From a virus (lineage: Duplodnaviria > Caudoviricetes), in IMG/VR virus record IMGVR_UViG_3300020352_000025, positions 1-29,763 of that record: a DNA stretch of 29,763 nt; one strand, written 5' to 3'. Positions within the stretch are counted from its first letter, which is position 1, and the number at the start of each line of letters is the position of its first letter. Shown here piece by piece: positions 27,522 through 29,763 of the stretch. The notes beneath the pieces were generated by a model that saw only the letters and a program-made list of their open reading frames with translations, was not told the origin of the DNA and searched no databases. The position numbers and the translations under genes were made by a program.

Positions 27522-28403
27522 ATGTATTATCCTAAATCACAAATAATAGAAAATTTATACACCAATGGTGGTGAATATGCTATTAAGTCTACTAATAAAG
27601 AATATAAGGGATATTATTATCAAGTTTCTAATAATCAAAGATTTACAGGAAAAAATTCAAATGATTTACCTAATAATTTACTAGTTCCTTTAAGATCTAA
27701 TGTAGACTATGGTGGTGATGAAATTAATTTTGATACTAAAAAAGGAACATTTTGGACACCTTCTTATAGATTTAACCAAAAACAACAGGGTGTAGAAATA
27801 ACAACAGCTCCCCAAGCACCAAGACAAACAATCCCTCAACCTACAGAACAAGATTATACTAATGGGGCTTTTGATAGATATTTTTTATATAACTTTAATA
27901 ATAAAAATACTTTAGAAGTGGATGAAAGAATTTATACCCAATATATAGATAAATCACCTTCAGTACAATATCAAACATTTACTCCTCTACAAATTGTTTG
28001 GACTTTAATAGGTAAAGAAAAAGAAGTATCTAAGGCTAATTTTAATAGCGTACGAATTACTGAAGAACGAAATAAAACATATGGGTTTAGTAAATATTTT
28101 AATAAAAAATACAACCAATATTATCAATATGGTATAAATGAAAATTTATACACTGATGGAACCGAATTCAGAAACAAAAGAACAGGTAAACCCTACATGG
28201 GTTATTATCATATACACCCTGAAAAAGGACCAATGGTAGGAAAACAACACATTAAAAAAGCACATGATTATTTGGAATCTATCTTAACAGGTTCTATATT
28301 AAATCCATTACCACCATCACCACAATCTGGTTCTTATGTAGAACCTACAAGAGAAGTTAATATTTCAATTGGAGGATCTGCAGGAGGGAGTGGAGGTTAC
28401 TAA
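27522..28403 (+). CDS. Hypothetical (probably baseplate-associated) protein with duplicated terminal module
   Basis: 293 aa, abutting the hub gene. ENLYT.G.E......Y.GYY occurs at both ends. Confidence 0.6.
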   Translation: MYYPKSQIIENLYTNGGEYAIKSTNKEYKGYYYQVSNNQRFTGKNSNDLPNNLLVPLRSNVDYGGDEINFDTKKGTFWTPSYRFNQKQQGVEITTAPQAPRQTIPQPTEQDYTNGAFDRYFLYNFNNKNTLEVDERIYTQYIDKSPSVQYQTFTPLQIVWTLIGKEKEVSKANFNSVRITEERNKTYGFSKYFNKKYNQYYQYGINENLYTDGTEFRNKRTGKPYMGYYHIHPEKGPMVGKQHIKKAHDYLESILTGSILNPLPPSPQSGSYVEPTREVNISIGGSAGGSGGY

Positions 28404-28420
28404 ATAATTTCGTATATTAG
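28391..28420 (+). promoter_or_regulatory. Putative host-sigma-type promoter for the PolA-like gene
   Basis: TGGA (28391-28394), 18-nt spacer, TATATTAG (28413-28420). The -7 box is identical to the one at 7448. Confidence 0.55.
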
Positions 28421-28438
28421 GGGTTAAAATAAAGGTAT

Positions 28439-29710
28439 ATGTACTGGCTTGTAGAAGACGAGGAGCAGTTAAATGTTTTAATAAATAGTGGTTATAAAGA
28501 GGCTTTCATTGAGGTAATACCTTATAATGACATAATACACCCCGTACAAAATTACGTAAGTTTAGTGTATGTTAGACCGATTAATGCAAGTAAAGGCTTT
28601 ATGGTGTGCATTACGCATAGTGAATGTTTGAATGCGTTAAACACGCGTATAATCGATTTACTAAACAAATTTGAAATATTATATTGTAGAGATAAAAAAG
28701 AGATATTACATTATTTTCCAAACAAAGCTCTTTATGACATAAATACACCCCCTAATCCGTATATACGACCTACAACACCTACACATGATTTATATTATAG
28801 ACAATACAAAGATAACCCAGAGTTAAATTTAATTATCCCGATTGTTAAACATTATGAATTGTGTGAAAACATTTTTGAAGATCTAAAAGCGAATATTAAC
28901 ATTAAAAAAACAAAATATGATGAATTCTTTAACAGTCGAGTGTCAGTGGTATTCAACGCCATCGAGAGAAGTGGCATACGTATACACAATGAAACCTTCA
29001 ATGAGTACTTCCACGCAGTTGACGGTGAATACGTCAACACTCAGTTCAACTTAAAAACAACAACTACTAGACCTAGTAATAAATTTAATAATGTAAATTA
29101 TGCAGCACTTAATAAAGAAAACGGTTGTAGAAAAAGTTTTATACCACGTAATAATAGGTTTGTGGAAATTGATATCTCTGCTTACCATCCTAGCTTGTCT
29201 GCTCGTCTTATTGGTTATGATTTTGCCGGGGTTGATATTCACTCTCATTTTGCGTCCTTATATGGAGTGGATTATAAAAAATCGAAAGAACTTACCTTCA
29301 AGCAGCTCTATGGAGGCGTTTTTGACAATTACAAAGGCCTGGAATTCTTTCAAAAAATCGAAAAATACGTAGGAGAACTTTGGAATAAGTTCCAAAGCGA
29401 TGGGTTTGTAGAATGTAAGGTTTCTGGATATAGATATGAAAAGGAAAATTTGGATAATATGAATCCACAAAAGTTATTTAATTACATTTTACAAAATTTA
29501 GAAACGTCTACAAATGTGTTGATATTGTGGGATATACTTTGTATATTGAGGAAATATAAGACGCAACTGGTATTATATACATATGATTCGTTTTTATTAG
29601 ATGTAGATGATAAGGAAACAGATGTTTTAGAAAAAGTTAGAGAAGTATTTAAAAAATATAAATTAAACATAAAAGAAATAGAAGGTTATGACTACAATTT
29701 TACAGAATAA
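28439..29710 (+). CDS. Compact, atypical family-A DNA polymerase-like protein
   Basis: IERSGI, TTTRPSN (TGRLSS equivalent), motif A EIDISAYHP, DIH, motif B SKELTFKQLYG, FNYILQ and motif C YTYDSF. Only 423 aa, with a degenerate N-terminal exo-like region. Confidence 0.8.
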   Translation: MYWLVEDEEQLNVLINSGYKEAFIEVIPYNDIIHPVQNYVSLVYVRPINASKGFMVCITHSECLNALNTRIIDLLNKFEILYCRDKKEILHYFPNKALYDINTPPNPYIRPTTPTHDLYYRQYKDNPELNLIIPIVKHYELCENIFEDLKANINIKKTKYDEFFNSRVSVVFNAIERSGIRIHNETFNEYFHAVDGEYVNTQFNLKTTTTRPSNKFNNVNYAALNKENGCRKSFIPRNNRFVEIDISAYHPSLSARLIGYDFAGVDIHSHFASLYGVDYKKSKELTFKQLYGGVFDNYKGLEFFQKIEKYVGELWNKFQSDGFVECKVSGYRYEKENLDNMNPQKLFNYILQNLETSTNVLILWDILCILRKYKTQLVLYTYDSFLLDVDDKETDVLEKVREVFKKYKLNIKEIEGYDYNFTE

Positions 29711-29715
29711 TCCTA

Positions 29716-29727
29716 ATATGTATAATA
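29716..29727 (+). promoter_or_regulatory. Late-motif variant ATATGTATAATA
   Basis: Motif copy 5 nt after the polymerase stop. It contains an ATG (29718) whose frame stays open to the window end. Confidence 0.5.
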
Positions 29728-29763
29728 CAGAATATGATGTCATATCTGACATTAAAATATTAG

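Noticed and set aside
29100-29372. 90-aa hydrophobic + strand ORF inside the polymerase gene
   Set aside because: It is fully nested out of frame over motifs A and B, with no independent expression signals.
177-29670. All minus-strand ORFs in the track (e.g. 177..539, 8308..8559, 20928..21230, 21459..21851)
   Set aside because: They are antisense shadows of well-supported + strand genes, with low-complexity translations and no recognisable motifs.
29737-29752. Inverted repeat ATGTCA-TATC-TGACAT
   Set aside because: Only 6-bp arms, no T tract, at the window edge and probably within the next gene; not enough support.
1-29763. Stop-codon reassignment (no called gene ends in TGA; a TAG sits at the gp26/gp51 junction)
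   Set aside because: Genes are intact under the standard code with no in-frame TGA or TAG, TAA bias is expected at this AT content, and read-through of TAG 19038-19040 hits TAA soon after without reaching the gp51-like frame.
1-29763. CRISPR array, tRNA, intron/intein, homing endonuclease, integrase or transposase
   Set aside because: No spaced direct repeats, cloverleaf-sized intergenic gaps with tRNA motifs, intein termini or recombinase/nuclease motifs were seen. The recurring 15-mer is dispersed and gene-proximal.

Overview
This is an AT-rich segment of a T4-like (gp23-type capsid, contractile tail) myovirus genome with every credible gene on the + strand. The host is probably Bacteroidota/Flavobacteriia, inferred from A-rich leaders that mostly lack Shine-Dalgarno sites, TTTG-N20-TAnnTT-like promoters and a DUF2061-like gene. 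Gene order: scaffold (5'-truncated), major capsid, PhoH, two small virion proteins, neck/tail-completion genes, a 6.8 kb accessory cassette, a small coiled-coil gene, tail sheath, tail tube, a 2OG-Fe(II) oxygenase, tail-assembly chaperone pair, tape measure, baseplate genes (hub with C-terminal lysozyme) and a compact atypical family-A polymerase. The cassette encodes APS kinase, a HAD phosphatase, a mini HIGH nucleotidyltransferase, a DUF2061-like protein, a four-domain glycosyltransferase/deacetylase, a GT-like protein and an RmlD-like reductase. Main leads: (1) a candidate virion glycosylation/sulfation system, paired with strong [S/T]-G-S enrichment in virion proteins; (2) a probable +1 (or -2) programmed frameshift joining the gp26-like and gp51-like chaperones; (3) a PolA-fold enzyme lacking the steric-gate Glu and carrying an RNAP-like motif C; (4) two distinct promoter classes. 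All family assignments come from motif recognition by eye; no searches were run.
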